Source: an uncultured Thermoleophilia bacterium
Lineage (GTDB): Bacteria; Actinomycetota; Thermoleophilia; UBA2241
NCBI GenBank assembly: GCA_963699725.1
Contig: CAVOVA010000020.1
Location: 6,442-70,441 of the forward strand
Length of the DNA: 64,000 nucleotides
Direction of reading: 5' to 3'
The notes beneath the pieces were generated by a model. That model was not told where the DNA came from, ran no database searches, and worked only from the letters and a program-made list of their open reading frames with translations. Both the position numbers and the translations under genes were made by a program. How positions within the stretch are numbered: position 1 is the stretch's first letter; every line of letters begins with the position of its first letter. Below, piece after piece: positions 40,655-49,684 of this stretch.

Positions 40655-43273
40655 TCAGGCCTTCGCCGCCACCCAGTCGTCGCCGACGCCGGTCTCGACC
40701 TCGAGCGGCGGGTCGAGCTCGAGAGCGCCGCACATCGCCTCGCGAAGGAGCGGCAGGCACTTGTCGACCTCCCCATCGGGGCACTCGAGCACGAGTTCGT
40801 CGTGGACCTGCAGCACGAGCCGAGACGCGAGACCGTGGCGCTCGAGCTCGCGGCTCACGGTGACCATGGCCGCTTTGATGATGTCGGCGGCCGTGCCCTG
40901 CAAGATGGTGTTCACCGCCAGCCGCTCGCCGAGCGAGCGTACGCGGAAGTTCGACGAACGGAGCTCCGGGACTGCGCGCCGGCGCCCGAACAGCGTGGTC
41001 ACGTAGCCGTCCTGCGCGGCCTGGGCGATCGCACGCTCGCGGAAGGACTTCACGCGCGGGTACTTGGCGAAGTACGCCTCGATGAAGGCGCGCGCTTCCT
41101 CGACCGGCATGTCGACCTGCTCCGAGAGACCGAAGGCCGAGAGTCCGTACATGATGCCGAAGTTGGTCGCCTTGGCGCGCTCGCGCTGCTGCTTGGTGAC
41201 CTCTTCCACGGGAATCCCGGCGACGGCGGCGGCGGTGACGCGGTGCACATCCTCACCGCGATGGTACGCCTCGAGGAGCGCCGGCTCCTGCGAGAGCGAG
41301 GCCATCAACCGCAGCTCGATCTGAGAGTAATCGGCGACGACCAGCTTGTGACCATCCTCGGCGATGAAGCACCCCCGGATCTCCGCGCCGAGCTGCGTAC
41401 GCACGGGTATGTTCTGCAGATTGGGGTTGTTGCTGGAGAGACGCCCCGTCGCGGCGACGAGCTGGTTGAAACTGCTGTGCACGCGCCCGGTCCGGGCGTC
41501 GATGTGCTCGGGCAGGGGCTCGAGATACGTGTTGAGCAGCTTGGTGAGCTCGCGCCACTCCTCGACGGCGGGAACGATCGGGTGACGGTCGCGCAAGCCC
41601 CGCAGCACACGCGCGTCGGTGGAGAAGCCCGTCTTGCCCTTTCTCGCCGGCTCGAGACCGAGACGCCCGAAGAGCACCTCGGCCAACTGCTGCGGCGAGC
41701 CGATCGTGAACGGGCCGCCGGCGAGCCGCACGATCTCGTCGTTCAGCTCGTCGATGCGGTCGCGCACCCGGGCGGTGATCTCGCCCAGCCGGTACGGGTC
41801 CATCTTGACGCCGGCGGCCTCCATCTGCGCGAGCACGCGCACGAGCGGCAACTCGATCTCCCGGAAGAGCCGCTCGAGGCCGAGCTCGACGAGCCGTGGC
41901 CGCTGGGCCGCGGCCACACGCCAGGTGAGGGTGGCGCGCGTGGCCGCGGCGGCCTCGGCCGCCGGCCCCTCGACGAGCAGCGCGCCGTCTTCGGCGCCGG
42001 CGAGTGCGAAGAGGCCGCGCTCCTTCTCCGGACGTTCCGGCGTGAGCAGATAGGCGGCGACGGCGGTGTCGAACGCAGGGCCGACCGGGGCGTGGACGAA
42101 GCCGGACTGCGCCTTGGCGTCGTGCACGACGGCGTGCCCGGCCAGCAGCCACAGCGCCGACACGCGGCCGGCATCCGCAGGCGCTACGAGACAGACGTCG
42201 CCGCCGGCGTGAGCGGCGACCGCAAGGCCGTCGCCGTCCTCCCGCCGTTCGAACGCCACTGCGGCCTCGCCCTTCTCGAGCAGCGCCGCGACGGGGCCGA
42301 CATCCGGCTCGGCGGCGAGCCGCACGAGCGGGCCGCCCGGCGCTGCGGCCATGGGCGCCGGCGCCGGCGCTTCCGCACCGGCGATCTCGCGCAGACGCCG
42401 CTTGAGGTTGCGGAACTCGAAGCGCTCGAAGACGGCGTCGACCCCCTCCACCGGCAGCCGGTAGCCGCCGCGGGTGACGAGCTCGACGAGGTCGTGTTCC
42501 AGAGGCACGTCGAGGACCATCGTCGCCAACTGCAACGAGAGCCTCGCGGCGTCCTCGTGCTCACGCAGCACGGCGCGCCGCTTCTCGGACTTGACCTCGT
42601 CGAGGCGCGCGTACAGCTCGTCGACGGAGCCGAACTGCTGCAGCAGCTGGGCGGCCGTCTTCTCGCCGATGCCGGGCACGCCCGGGATGTTGTCCGACGA
42701 GTCGCCCTTGAGGCCGATGTAGTCGGGGATCTGCGCCGGCGTCACTCCGAAGCGTTCCACCACGGCCGCCGGCGTGTAGATCTTGACGTCCGTGACGCCG
42801 CGGCCCGTGCTCATCACCCAGATGTCCTCGTCGACGACCTGCATGGCGTCGCGATCGCCGGTGACGACGATGGAGCCGATGCCCTGCCGCTTGGCCTCCT
42901 CGGCCAGGGTGCCGAGGATGTCGTCGGCTTCGTAGCCCGGCTTCACCAGATTGGCGATCCCAAAGCCGTCCATGAGCTCGGGCAGCAGGCCCCACTGCGC
43001 GGAGAGAGCCTCGGGCATGTGCGGGCGCTGCGCCTTGTACTGCTCGTACAGCTCGTCGCGGAAGGTCTTCTCGCGAGCGTCCCAGGCAACGACGATGTTA
43101 GAGGGACGGTACTCGGAGACGATCTTGAGCAGCATCTGACTGAGGCCGAAGAGCGCGTTGGTCGGCTGCCCGGCCTGGGTGGCGATGGATTCGGGCAGCG
43201 CGAAGAAGGCGCGAAACGCCAGGCTGCTGCCGTCGAGCAGGAAGAGCCGGTCGTGGAGGTGAGGGTCGGCCAT
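40655..43273 (-). CDS. polA: DNA polymerase I
   Basis: 872 aa. 5'-3' exonuclease N-terminus, and polymerase motifs DYSQIELR, RRxAKxxNFGxxYG-like (RERAKATNFGIMYG) and QVHDELV. Confidence 0.97.
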   Translation of the reverse strand: MADPHLHDRLFLLDGSSLAFRAFFALPESIATQAGQPTNALFGLSQMLLKIVSEYRPSNIVVAWDAREKTFRDELYEQYKAQRPHMPEALSAQWGLLPELMDGFGIANLVKPGYEADDILGTLAEEAKRQGIGSIVVTGDRDAMQVVDEDIWVMSTGRGVTDVKIYTPAAVVERFGVTPAQIPDYIGLKGDSSDNIPGVPGIGEKTAAQLLQQFGSVDELYARLDEVKSEKRRAVLREHEDAARLSLQLATMVLDVPLEHDLVELVTRGGYRLPVEGVDAVFERFEFRNLKRRLREIAGAEAPAPAPMAAAPGGPLVRLAAEPDVGPVAALLEKGEAAVAFERREDGDGLAVAAHAGGDVCLVAPADAGRVSALWLLAGHAVVHDAKAQSGFVHAPVGPAFDTAVAAYLLTPERPEKERGLFALAGAEDGALLVEGPAAEAAAATRATLTWRVAAAQRPRLVELGLERLFREIELPLVRVLAQMEAAGVKMDPYRLGEITARVRDRIDELNDEIVRLAGGPFTIGSPQQLAEVLFGRLGLEPARKGKTGFSTDARVLRGLRDRHPIVPAVEEWRELTKLLNTYLEPLPEHIDARTGRVHSSFNQLVAATGRLSSNNPNLQNIPVRTQLGAEIRGCFIAEDGHKLVVADYSQIELRLMASLSQEPALLEAYHRGEDVHRVTAAAVAGIPVEEVTKQQRERAKATNFGIMYGLSAFGLSEQVDMPVEEARAFIEAYFAKYPRVKSFRERAIAQAAQDGYVTTLFGRRRAVPELRSSNFRVRSLGERLAVNTILQGTAADIIKAAMVTVSRELERHGLASRLVLQVHDELVLECPDGEVDKCLPLLREAMCGALELDPPLEVETGVGDDWVAAKA

Positions 43274-43398
43274 GCCGCGATTCTACGCCACACGGTAGAA
43301 GCGCCGCTCGCTCCCGGGTCCGGCGGCGCCGCGACCGGGGCCAGTCCGAGTGGTCGCGGGCCGGTCGCCGCCCGGTCCCCGCCGACCCCCGTCGCCCG

Positions 43399-44163
43399 TC
43401 ACGATCGCTGCTTCACCAGCAGCACCCTGGTGCCGAGAGGTCCGCACGAGTACTGGACCGCGTCGGCCAGCGCGCGCATGAAGTGGATGCCGCGGCCGCT
43501 GGTCGCGGCGGGCGGCGGCGCACAGATCGGTGATGTGTCCATCCCGCCGCCGCTGTCGACGACCTCAACCGCGACCTCGTCCTCGTAGCAGAAGAAACGC
43601 ACGTGCACGTCGTCGTCGGACCCGTGCGGAGAGCCGTGCACGACGGCGTTGGCGAGCGCCTCGGCGACGGCTACGTTGAGCTCGAAGAGGTCCGAGCCCT
43701 CCATGCCGGCCACCTCGGCGAAAGCCGCGACGCGACGCCGCGCCGCGCGCAGCTGCCTCGGCGTCGCGGGGAACGCGAACTCGTGCTCCCATCGCGGGTG
43801 GTCGTCGCGGCGAGCCGGCGCGCCGCGCTCGCCCTGCGGCGGGCCGGGCGCCGACGGCACGGAGCGCATGAGCCCGGCGCCGGCCAGCGATTCGCGGGCC
43901 TCGGGCTCCTCCACGGCCACCACGAGTTCGCCGCCGGCCTCCCGGAACGCCTGAGAGGCGTTCTGCAGCGCCCCGAGCCCCTGGTCGTCCATCGGCTCCC
44001 AGGGATCCAGGTCGACGACCACCTCCGCGGCGCCCGTCTCCAGACAACGGACCACCTCATCGGGCAGGTCCTCGGCGAGGCGCTCGCCGACGACGCCGCC
44101 GCAGTGGATCACGCAGACGTCGCCGCGCAGCTCCGTGCTGACTCGTCGGTCCGCGTGCGTCAT
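43399..44163 (-). CDS. Fusion of a STAS (anti-sigma-factor antagonist) domain and an RsbW/SpoIIAB-like HATPase anti-sigma kinase domain
   Basis: N-terminal STAS (...VVVDLDPWEPMDDQGLGAL...). C-terminal N-box EALANAVVHG, G1 VVDSGGGMD, G2 GRGIHFM. Confidence 0.7.
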   Translation of the reverse strand: MTHADRRVSTELRGDVCVIHCGGVVGERLAEDLPDEVVRCLETGAAEVVVDLDPWEPMDDQGLGALQNASQAFREAGGELVVAVEEPEARESLAGAGLMRSVPSAPGPPQGERGAPARRDDHPRWEHEFAFPATPRQLRAARRRVAAFAEVAGMEGSDLFELNVAVAEALANAVVHGSPHGSDDDVHVRFFCYEDEVAVEVVDSGGGMDTSPICAPPPAATSGRGIHFMRALADAVQYSCGPLGTRVLLVKQRS

Positions 44164-44184
44164 GTGCAGGTCACAGGGGTGCGG

Positions 44185-44475
44185 TCAAGGCCGGGCGTCG
44201 CTCTCGTACGCCGCCGGCGGTTCGAACCGGCACGCCTCCTGCCCCGGCCAGCCGCCGAACGGGTAGGTGCAATGCATCTGGTGTACCTGCTCGCCGACGT
44301 CGTCGAAGCGCGCGTGGATGCGCTCGACGATCTCGTCCGTCATGGTGAACGACCGGACGCCATCGGTGAACGCCTGCCGAAGCGCGTCCATGCGCAGTTC
44401 GAGCTCGTCGAAGTCTGCGCGCCACTGCTGCACGTCATCCGGTTCCGGATGACGAAGATTGCGCGTCTCGCTCAT
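44185..44475 (-). CDS. Hypothetical 96-aa protein
   Basis: ATG preceded by ACGGAGG. Non-repetitive composition. Ends 21 nt upstream of the STAS-kinase gene. I recognise no family. Confidence 0.5.
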   Translation of the reverse strand: MSETRNLRHPEPDDVQQWRADFDELELRMDALRQAFTDGVRSFTMTDEIVERIHARFDDVGEQVHQMHCTYPFGGWPGQEACRFEPPAAYESDARP

Positions 44476-44654
44476 GGTGCCTCCGTGATCGTCTGAACAG
44501 GCCTATCTCACGACCCGAGGTGCTCATACCCTCCCGGATGAGGCGCTACACGAGGGGCCTCGGCGCCCCACGGCCGTGCCGCCGCCCGGGGTTGTACACT
44601 CGGCGCCGGGAAGCCGGCATCCGGCCGGCCGACGCGATCAGGGAGGACGCCGTC

Positions 44655-45086
44655 ATGGGAGCACGAGAATACGCGCGGGGGCGCCGCGTCGTCGCCCGAC
44701 TCGAGCACGGCGGCGACCTGCTCGAGGAGATCGCCGCCGCCGCGGGAGCGCACGGCATGGAGGCGGCGGAGCTGCGGGCCATCGGCGCCCTGCAGCGAGC
44801 CCGCCTCGCCTTCTACGACCAGACGACGCACGAGTACGGCGAGTTCGACGTCGATCGACCGGTCGAGCTCGTCGGTCTTCTCGGCAACGTCTCGCGACGC
44901 GACGGCGCGATGGCCGTGCACGCGCACGCGGTGCTGGCCGATCACGACGGGGTCTGCGTCGGCGGGCACGTGGCGCCCGGGTGCGTCCTGTTCGCCTGCG
45001 AGCTGATCTTGCAGGAGCTGGTCGGCGAGCCGCTCGAGCGAGAGCTTGACACGGTCACCGGCCTGCCCCTCTGGAGGAACCTGTAG
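44655..45086 (+). CDS. PPC (DUF296) domain protein
   Basis: ATG at 44655 preceded by GGGAGGA. Sequence ...GEFDVDRPVELVGLLGNVS...AVHAHAVLADHDGVCVGGHV... is typical of the PPC/DUF296 fold. Confidence 0.7.
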   Translation: MGAREYARGRRVVARLEHGGDLLEEIAAAAGAHGMEAAELRAIGALQRARLAFYDQTTHEYGEFDVDRPVELVGLLGNVSRRDGAMAVHAHAVLADHDGVCVGGHVAPGCVLFACELILQELVGEPLERELDTVTGLPLWRNL

Positions 45087-45190
45087 GCACGGCGCACACG
45101 CCCCGAATGCGGGCCCGCGGACACGGAGGCGAGTCCCTCGGCCCGCGGCCGAACGTACGCCACCGGTGGCGAGCGAGACGAGGGAGAGAG

Positions 45191-45281
45191 TGGTGTCGGA
45201 AGGGGGACTTGAACCCCCATGAGGTTATACCCTCACTAGGCCCTCAACCTAGCGCGTCTACCAATTCCGCCATTCCGACAC
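45191..45281 (-). tRNA. tRNA-Leu (anticodon GAG), type II with long variable arm, CCA encoded
   Basis: Minus strand reads GTGTCGGAATGGCGGAATTGGTAGACGCGCTAGGTTGAGGGCCTAGTGAGGGTATAACCTCATGGGGGTTCAAGTCCCCCTTCCGACACCA. It folds by hand into a cloverleaf. The anticodon loop is TTGAGGG. Confidence 0.9.
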
Positions 45282-45293
45282 TGAGGGATTGCG

Positions 45294-45323
45294 AGTATAG
45301 GCGGTGCCGCCCGGTGTGGTCAA
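45294..45323 (-). promoter_or_regulatory. Candidate promoter of tRNA-Leu (TTGACC - 18 nt - TATACT)
   Basis: Minus strand reads cgTTGACCacaccgggcggcaccgccTATACTcgcaatccctca followed by the tRNA 5' end. Confidence 0.5.
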
Positions 45324-45546
45324 CGCGAGCCCGGACAGCCGTGCCGCCGCCTGGCATGACGATGGGCGAGCCGTGATCTGCATAGCCCGCCCATCGGCGG
45401 CGCCCCCTTCATCTGCCTCCTGAAGCTCGAGGCCGTGGTCTGCAGAGACCGTGGCGCCGACTGAATCGCTATCGGCAGTATATGCCTGCGCGCAAGGGTG
45501 GTACAACGTTGTTGCACCTCACACCCACCGCGACCCGGAGGGCACC

Positions 45547-46482
45547 TTGACTGCGCGCATCCTCGTCGGCAGCTGCTCCTGGACGGACCCGACCCTGATC
45601 GCCTGCGGGCGCTTCTACCCGCCGGGCGTGACGAGCGCTGAGGCGCGGCTCCGCTACTACGCGGGGCAGTTCGGCATCGTGGAGGTCGACTCGACGTACT
45701 ACGCGCCGCCATCCGCGCGGAACAGCGTGCTTTGGGCGGCGCGCACGCCGGACGACTTCGTCTTCAACGTCAAGGCGTTCGGTCTGCTCACGCATCATCC
45801 AGTGCGGGTCGACCGCCTCCCCGGCTGGCTGCGGGAGGCGCTTCCCGCCGAGACCCGCCAGAAGAAGAACCTCTACATCCGGGACGTCAGCGCCACCCAG
45901 CTGCAACGACTGTGGGACCTTCATCGCGAGGCGCTCGAGCCGCTCGCGGCCGCCGGCAAGCTCGGCGCCGTGCTCTTCCAGTTCCCGCCGTGGTTCGTCC
46001 GCTCGAGCGAGCACAACGAGTACCTGCGCGCCCTTCCCGAGCGTCTTCCGGGCTGGCCTCTCGCCGTCGAGTTCCGCGGCGGAGGATGGATGGACGCGGA
46101 GTCCTCGGAGACCACGCTCGGCCTCCTCGAGGAGCTGGGGCTCGCGTACGTCAGCGTCGACGAGCCTCAGGGCTTCGTGTCCAGCACGCCCGCGACTGCG
46201 GTCGCCACCGCTCCGCTCGCCATCGTCCGCCTGCACGGCCGCAACGCCGACACCTGGGACGCGAAGACGCGGGTCGCCTCCGACCGCTTCAAGTACCTGT
46301 ACACCGACGCCGAACTGGAGGAATGGGTCCCGCGCGTCGGGGAGCTCGCGCGTCAGACGCAGGCCATACACGTCCTCTTCAACAACAACTACGAGGACTG
46401 GGGGATGCAGAACGCACGGCGCATGGCCCACCTGCTGGGCGTCGAGATGAAGCCCTCGCAGGCTCAGCTCGAGCTCGGCTGA
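45547..46482 (+). CDS. DUF72 (UPF0759, YecE-like) family protein
   Basis: TTG at 45547 preceded by GGAGGG. ILVGSCSWTD...FYP...YYAGQFGIVEVDSTYY...TPDDFVFNVKA are hallmark DUF72 motifs. Confidence 0.85.
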   Translation: MTARILVGSCSWTDPTLIACGRFYPPGVTSAEARLRYYAGQFGIVEVDSTYYAPPSARNSVLWAARTPDDFVFNVKAFGLLTHHPVRVDRLPGWLREALPAETRQKKNLYIRDVSATQLQRLWDLHREALEPLAAAGKLGAVLFQFPPWFVRSSEHNEYLRALPERLPGWPLAVEFRGGGWMDAESSETTLGLLEELGLAYVSVDEPQGFVSSTPATAVATAPLAIVRLHGRNADTWDAKTRVASDRFKYLYTDAELEEWVPRVGELARQTQAIHVLFNNNYEDWGMQNARRMAHLLGVEMKPSQAQLELG

Positions 46483-46694
46483 CGGAGCCTCCCGGCTCGG
46501 CGCGAGCACGCCGGGCCAGAAGATGTCTTCCCACGCCGGCATGCGCGCGTCGACGAAGCCTGCGGTCGCCTTGCCGCCACCGTAGCTGGAGACCACCTCG
46601 CGCGCCCGCCCCTCGTCGTAGTCGCTCGCCACGATGGCTGCGTCATCGCGAGCAGGCCAGCAGGGGTTCGCAGGCCGAAGTACGGACGGCTATC

Positions 46695-48101
46695 ATGGCC
46701 CTGCGGAAGCTCGTTCCAACTCCCTGCGCAAGGATGGTGACCGTGGTCCGGTACGGCCTGGATGAGTACGCCTGGCGGCTGCTCGAGGATGAGGTGGTCG
46801 GGCTCTTCACCGCGCTCCTGCGCGTCGACACGAGCAACGGCAACGAGACCGCCGCCGCCCTCGTCGTGCAGGAGTACCTGGCCGGCGCCGGCATCGACAG
46901 TGAGCTGACCGGCGAGCGGCCAGACCGGCAGAGCCTCGTCGCCCGTCTCGACGGCGACCGCCCCGGTCGCACCCTGACCATGATGGGCCACCTCGACGTC
47001 GTCCCGGCGGACGCTGGCGAGTGGAGCGTGCCGCCGTTCGCCGCCGTCGTGAAGGACGGCTACGTATGGGGTTGCGGCGCCACCGACATGAAGAACCAGG
47101 TGGCCGCCGAGGCGGTCGCCCTCGCCCGGCTCAAGCGTTCGGGCGCCGGCTTCGCCGGCACCGTCAAGTTCGCGGCCACGGCCGACGAGGAGGACGGCGA
47201 GTTCTGCGGCGTGCAGTGGCTGTGCGAGCACCGGCCCGACGCGCTGCGCGCAGACTTCTTCATCAACGAGGGTCCTGGTGGGCTCTGGCTGCCGGTCGAC
47301 GGCCACAAGGTGTTCCTGCTCGCCGTCGGCGAGAAGGCCTTTGCCCAGTTCCGCATCCGCACCCGCGGGCGCGGCGGACACGGGTCCGTGCCCGAGAAGG
47401 AGCGCAGCGCCGTGATCGATCTCGCCCGCGCCGTCACGGCGCTCGGCCTCGCCGACCCGCCGGCGATCGTCTCGGGCACGACGGCGAGGTTCATCGACGT
47501 CCTCGTACCCGGCGTCGGGTTGCGCACGCGCCTCAAGGACCCCGGCACGGCGCGCGCGGCCGGCGCCGAGCTGCGCCGGCTCGACCCGGTCGTGGCCGGG
47601 CTGGTCGAGCCGCTCCTCGGCGCCACGCTCACTCCTACGGTGCTCGCGGCCGGCGCGGCGGTGAACGTCATCCCCACACGCGCCGAGGCGTGCATCGACT
47701 GCCGCATCCTTCCGGAGATGACGACGGACGACGTGCGCGACTACGTCGCGAGCCTCCTCGACCCCCTCGGCGTCGAGTGGGAGTTCGAGTGGGTCGACGT
47801 GACCACGCCGAACGCGTCGCCGGAGCCGACCGCCCTCAGTGAGAGCATCGAGCGGGTACTGCGCCGTGACGTCCCGGACGCCGTCCTCGCGCCGATGTGC
47901 TCAGGGAGCTTCACCGACTCGCGCTGGGTGCGCGAGGCGTTCCCGGACTGCACCGCCTACGGGTTCGCGCCGTTCGTGGCCGAGAGCTTCCACGCCATGG
48001 ACGGCGGCCGCGACCACCAGCCGGACGAACGCATCCTCGTCGAGGACGTGACGTACCAGGCACTGTTCTTCGAGCGCCTCGCGCGGGACCTGCTTTCGTG
48101 A
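46695..48101 (+). CDS. M20-family metallopeptidase (ArgE/DapE/CPG2-like)
   Basis: MGHLDVVP, GCGATDMK, ADEEDG motifs. The start is uncertain: ATG 46695, ATG 46734 and GTG 46737 are all in frame. Confidence 0.85.
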   Translation: MALRKLVPTPCARMVTVVRYGLDEYAWRLLEDEVVGLFTALLRVDTSNGNETAAALVVQEYLAGAGIDSELTGERPDRQSLVARLDGDRPGRTLTMMGHLDVVPADAGEWSVPPFAAVVKDGYVWGCGATDMKNQVAAEAVALARLKRSGAGFAGTVKFAATADEEDGEFCGVQWLCEHRPDALRADFFINEGPGGLWLPVDGHKVFLLAVGEKAFAQFRIRTRGRGGHGSVPEKERSAVIDLARAVTALGLADPPAIVSGTTARFIDVLVPGVGLRTRLKDPGTARAAGAELRRLDPVVAGLVEPLLGATLTPTVLAAGAAVNVIPTRAEACIDCRILPEMTTDDVRDYVASLLDPLGVEWEFEWVDVTTPNASPEPTALSESIERVLRRDVPDAVLAPMCSGSFTDSRWVREAFPDCTAYGFAPFVAESFHAMDGGRDHQPDERILVEDVTYQALFFERLARDLLS

Positions 48102-49030
48102 GCTCCCCGCCGCCCGAGGTCCTCCGCGACCGCTACCGCGGCGCGCTTCTCGGTCTCGCCGCCGGCGAGGCGCTGGGCGCTCCGGCCGAGTTCCTCACCG
48201 CCGAGCAGATCGTCGAGAAGTACGGCGTCATCACCGACATGATCGGCGGCGGCGTCTACGACGTGGCGCCCGGCGAGATCACTGACGCGACCGAGATGAT
48301 GCTCCGCCTCGCGGAGAGCCTCGCAGACAACCGCGGGTTCGAACCCGAAGACATCATGGCGCGCTACAGCGCCTGGCTCGAGAGCCAGCCCCGGCATGTG
48401 AGCCTCACGGTGCGCGCCGCCCTGATCAGCTACCGCTCCGGGACGCACTGGGACGTCGCCTCGCGGCGCGCGTTCGAGGTCCTGGGCGGGCCGACGGCGG
48501 GCAACGGCAGCCTCATCCGGTGCGCGCCGGTGGGGCTTCTGTACGCGGGCGACGCCTCCACCCGGCATGAAGTGTCGCACCGCGAGTCGATGCTGACCCA
48601 CTTCGACCAGCTCGCCGGCTGGTCGTGCGCCGCCTTCAACGATCTCATCGCGGCGGCGCTTCACGGCGACCTCCGCAGCGAGGTGCCGGCGATCGCCCAC
48701 ACCTTCGATGAAGAAGACAAGCGGGTCAGCGGCGTCCTGCGCGAGACCGCGGCCGCCGAGGTCGAGGAGATCGTGAGCTCTTCGTTCGTCCGCGACACGC
48801 TGCAGATCGGCCTGTGGACGGTGCTGCATGGCGCCGATTTCGAGCACGCCGTGACGATGGCCGTGAACATGGGCAACGACGCCACCGCCGCCGGAGCCGT
48901 CGCCGGCGCCCTCGCAGGCGCCCTCTCTGGCGAATCGGGCATTCCTGCCCGCTGGCTCGCCGAGCTCACGGTGCGCGACCGAGTGACCGCGGCCGCCGAC
49001 CGGCTCGCCGACCTCGCCGGCGTCGGCTGA
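48098..49030 (+). CDS. ADP-ribosylglycohydrolase family protein
   Basis: GTG at 48098 with a GTGA overlap on the M20 stop. DRYRGALLGLAAGEALGAPAEF N-terminal motif and C-terminal GNDATAAGAVAGALAGA motif. Confidence 0.85.
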   Translation: MSSPPPEVLRDRYRGALLGLAAGEALGAPAEFLTAEQIVEKYGVITDMIGGGVYDVAPGEITDATEMMLRLAESLADNRGFEPEDIMARYSAWLESQPRHVSLTVRAALISYRSGTHWDVASRRAFEVLGGPTAGNGSLIRCAPVGLLYAGDASTRHEVSHRESMLTHFDQLAGWSCAAFNDLIAAALHGDLRSEVPAIAHTFDEEDKRVSGVLRETAAAEVEEIVSSSFVRDTLQIGLWTVLHGADFEHAVTMAVNMGNDATAAGAVAGALAGALSGESGIPARWLAELTVRDRVTAAADRLADLAGVG

Positions 49031-49153
49031 GACGGCCGACCGGAACCCGTACGGGCACAGCCCGTGGCAGAGACCACCGGCGCGGCTTGCCGAGCCGGCG
49101 TTCACTCTGTAGTTTACGTCGTTGACGTTGTGTATCCGGCGGCGGAGGCGAGC

Positions 49154-49684
49154 GTGGACGAGGGCGAGAGAATCCGGCGACAGCGGCTGCTGGCCGAGGA
49201 GTTCGGCCTCCTCTTCGAGGAGATGGGCCGCACGAGGATGGACGGACGCATCGCGGCCTGGCTCCTCCTCGCCGACCCGCCCGTCCAGTCCCTCACCGAG
49301 ATCGCTCAGGCCCTCGGCGTGAGCAAGGCGGCCGTGAGCACGGCCGCCCGCTCCCTCCTTCAGCTCGAGATGGTCGAGCGCGTGAGCGAGCCGGGGCGGC
49401 GCGGCGACTCCTACCGCTCGCGGCCCGGCAAGCTCGAGAACGTGCTCCAGGTCGACCATATCCAGGTCCTCCAGCGACTCGTCGACCGTTCCCTCGCACT
49501 CGTCGCCGACAAGGACCAGTCGCAGTCCAACTACGCGCTGCTGCACGAGCTGCGCGACTTCCTCGGATTCCTCCAGGCGGAGATCCCCGGGCTGATGGCC
49601 CGCTGGCAGGCCCGGCGGGCGGCGATGCCGGCCGCGGTCGCCCCAGACGGAGATGACATCCCGAACGACGGAGGCACCTTTTGA
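49154..49684 (+). CDS. MarR/GbsR-family winged-helix transcriptional regulator
   Basis: GTG at 49154 preceded by GGAGG. ...GRIAAWLLLADPPVQSLTEIAQALGVSKAAVSTAARSLLQLEMVERV... The start is uncertain (ORF opens at 49064). Confidence 0.7.
   Translation: MDEGERIRRQRLLAEEFGLLFEEMGRTRMDGRIAAWLLLADPPVQSLTEIAQALGVSKAAVSTAARSLLQLEMVERVSEPGRRGDSYRSRPGKLENVLQVDHIQVLQRLVDRSLALVADKDQSQSNYALLHELRDFLGFLQAEIPGLMARWQARRAAMPAAVAPDGDDIPNDGGTF

Noticed and set aside
38984-43588. 1534-aa plus-strand ORF
   Set aside because: It is antisense to rpsA and polA, both unambiguous. It has the same biased composition and is the usual long shadow ORF of a GC-rich genome.
44215-44240. GGTTCGAACC sequence resembling a tRNA T-arm
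   Set aside because: No acceptor, D or anticodon arms can be folded around it, and it lies inside a plausible 96-aa coding frame.
45087-45546. tRNA-Leu as an integration hotspot or genomic-island border
   Set aside because: I saw no integrase, no direct repeat of the tRNA 3' end and no phage or transposon gene nearby. The palindromes at 45107..45174 (GCGGGCCCGC, TCGGCCcgcGGCCGA, CGCCACCGGTGGCG) fit convergent terminators instead.
46483-46632. Protein-like minus-strand reading frame (VASDYDEGRAREVVSSYGGGKATAGFVDARMPAWEDIFWPG...) in the DUF72-M20 spacer
   Set aside because: The frame continues antisense through the whole DUF72 gene with no stop, and I recognise no family. It may be a gene remnant, but I cannot support calling a pseudogene.
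49116-49128. Small palindrome ACGTC-gtt-GACGT upstream of the MarR/GbsR gene as an operator
   Set aside because: The arms are only 5 bp and the start codon of the regulator is uncertain, so this is too weak to call.
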